This document shows, in pieces, positions 62,071 to 64,000 of a stretch of 64,000 nucleotides of DNA. Numbering within the stretch: position 1 is the stretch's first letter; each line of letters opens with the position of its first letter. Made by a program: the position numbers and the translations under genes. The notes beneath the pieces are model-generated. The model saw only the letters and a program-made list of their open reading frames with translations. It was not told the DNA's origin and searched no databases. The stretch lies in NCBI RefSeq assembly GCF_964213995.1, contig NC_135808.1, positions 34,534,001-34,598,000 on the forward strand, in the 5' to 3' direction. Source of the DNA: Mustelus asterias. Taxonomy: Eukaryota.

Positions 62071-62889
62071 TATGTCTTGGGTGCCGATGTGCACCACGAC
62101 TTGGGGCTGGTCCCCCTCCCCCTTAAGGATCCCGAAAACACGATCCGAGACATCACGGACTCTGGCACCTGGGAGGCAACACACCAGCCGCGAGTCCCTC
62201 TCGTTCCCACAGAATCTCCTATCTATCCCCCTGACTATGGAGTCCCAGTAACTAATGCTCTACTCCTCTCCCCCCTTCCCTTCTCAGCAACAAGAACAGA
62301 CTCTGTGCCAGAGACCTGTACCCCATGGCTTACCCCTGTTAATTCGTCCCCCCAACAGTATCCAAAACGGAATACTTGTTGAACAGGGGATCCAGGGGAT
62401 CGCTGCTCTGACTGCTTGTTACCCCTTCTAGCCGTCACCCATGTATCATAATTTCTAGGAGTAGCTACCTCCCTGTAGCTTCTATCTATAGCTACCTCTC
62501 CCTCCCGAATGATCCTGAGTTCATCCAGTTCCAGCTCCAGATCCCTAACACGGTCTTCAAGGAGCTGGAATTGGGTGCACTTCCTGCAGGTGTACTCAGC
62601 TGGGACACTGGTGTCCCTCACCTCAAACATCCCACAGGAGGAACATTGCACTGCCTGCACTGACATCCCTGTTAACTTCTGCTAATGTAGATTGAGATAA
62701 AAAAGAAAGGAAAATGAAATATTTTTAATCATGTACCACCATTCGTAAGCATTGGATGTCCCAAAACAGGTTTTGCAGGCAATAAATGATCTCTGTTACA
62801 GGAATAAGTCACAAAATGTATGAAATCTTCTTGATCATTGGGAAACACTGTATACTCTAACTCCTATTCCTATGCAGACTGACACAATC

Positions 62890-64000
62890 ATTCCGCCCCC
62901 AAGTGCTTATTCCATCATCCAATCAGATCATATTGATCTGCAACCTAACTCCACACACTGTCTTTGCTCCACATCCCTTGATATCTTTGGATAATAAAAA
63001 TCTGTCAGTCTCAGATCTAAAATTAATAATTTATCTAGCTTGCTGTTTGAGGAAGAGAGTTCCAAACTTGTACCATCCTTTTATTGTGTTTTTAAATTTC
63101 ACTCTTAAAATGTCTGGCTCTAATTTTTAAACTATGTCACTTAGCTCCAGACTCAACAACTCATGAAAATAACTTCTCTCTGTCAACTTTTTATTATTTT
63201 CCAATAATATCTTGAATATCTGATCACTTCATCCCGTAACGTTTGACAATTTGGAGAATGTAACTCTCACTTGTTTAATCTCTCCTCCTCATTTAACCAT
63301 TCCAGTTAATCTACACTGCCTTCTCACCTATCCTTCCTGTTGCGAGGGACCTGAACTGTTCCCAATAATCCAGGTGTGGTCAAACCACAGCTGAAATATT
63401 CCTTCGACCTCTTTGGATTATTTTCCTCCAGAAATTAAACCACCTTTCCATTCACCTTTCTGATTATTTTCACCAACAGTTCATGACATTTTAATGATCT
63501 CTGTACAGAGTCTCCAAGACTCTTTGAAACTCCACTTTTTCTAGTTTTTCACCATTTATAAAATATTCTACTCTCCTTTTTAGCTCCAAGTGGATGGCCT
63601 CACACTTTTCTACACTGAAATCTGTTTCCAGTTTTACCCATTGACAGGTCCTCTGAATGAGCAGTTCACCCAGTGCCATTCCTTGTCTCCATAACCAGAA
63701 AGCGTTTAACAAAGTCCCGCATAAGAGATTATCATGCAAGATTAAAGTGCATGGGATTGGGGGAAGTGTATTAAGATGGATAGAAAACTGATTGGCAGAG
63801 AGGAACCCAAAAGTGGGAATTAATGGATCCTTTTCAAATTGGCAGGCAGTAACTAGTGGGGTGCCACAGGGATCAGTGCTGGGACCCCAGCTATTCACAA
63901 TATATATCAATGATTTGGATGAGGGAACAAAATGTAACATCTCAAAGTTTGCAGATGATACCAAATTGGGTGGGAGTGTGAACTGTGACGAGGATGCAGA
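62890..64000. mobile_element. Decayed CR1 (minus, to about 63660) and CR1 RT fragment (plus, 63697 to window end)
   Basis: The plus-strand piece encodes KAFNKVPH...VPQGSVLGP...FADD. The minus-strand piece matches the CR1 3' end. Confidence 0.75.

Larger units (their letters stand above)
53717..62670 (-). mobile_element. Near full-length CR1 (HER1-type) LINE: ORF1 (Zn finger/coiled coil/SGNH esterase) + ORF2 (APE + RT), interrupted by the Gypsy element and a MITE
   Basis: ORF1 pieces 62235-62666 (CSSC..CRKC), 62071-62184 (VHIGTQD) and 60538-60771 (DGLHL). ORF2 pieces 59979-60551, 58764-59657, 58480-58767 and 57830-58358. 3' end at 53717-53971. Confidence 0.93.

Noticed and set aside
62850-62900. 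Candidate acceptor for the MHC 3'UTR exon (ctctaac...tcctatgcag at 62877)
   Set aside because: It is a plausible branch point and AG, but it also resembles a decayed CR1 tail and is followed by CR1 relic sequence. It cannot be supported without cDNA.

Overview
Vertebrate genomic DNA from a cartilaginous fish (shark), inferred from HE1-type V-SINEs, HER1/CR1-type LINEs and the MHC protein. The only host gene I can support is an MHC class II alpha-chain gene on the + strand: exon 2 (alpha1, 8260-8508), exon 3 (alpha2 Ig-C1, 31026-31307) and exon 4 (connecting peptide/TM/cytoplasmic tail, 52875-53022, stop 53018-53020). All joins are phase 1 and in frame. The leader exon and the 3'UTR exon were not located. 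Introns 2 and 3 are about 22.5 and 21.6 kb and consist mostly of nested transposable elements: CR1 LINEs (one near full length), a second CR1-superfamily LINE with a tRNA-like head and its bipartite SINE, a Penelope-like element (RT + GIY-YIG), a Gypsy LTR element, a solo LTR, Tx1 and Rex1 fragments, Harbinger-like and hAT-like MITEs, and minisatellites. The most notable signals are: (1) seven hammerhead-ribozyme motifs with covarying stem I, in the Penelope terminal repeats and in short independently inserted copies; (2) a Gypsy element with no tRNA primer-binding site, whose leader is instead perfectly complementary to its own LTR poly(A) signal; (3) a U2-snRNA-derived dimeric SINE-like element with a 13-bp TSD; (4) non-canonical residues in the MHC II alpha chain. 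No database searches were run, so family names come from motif recognition.
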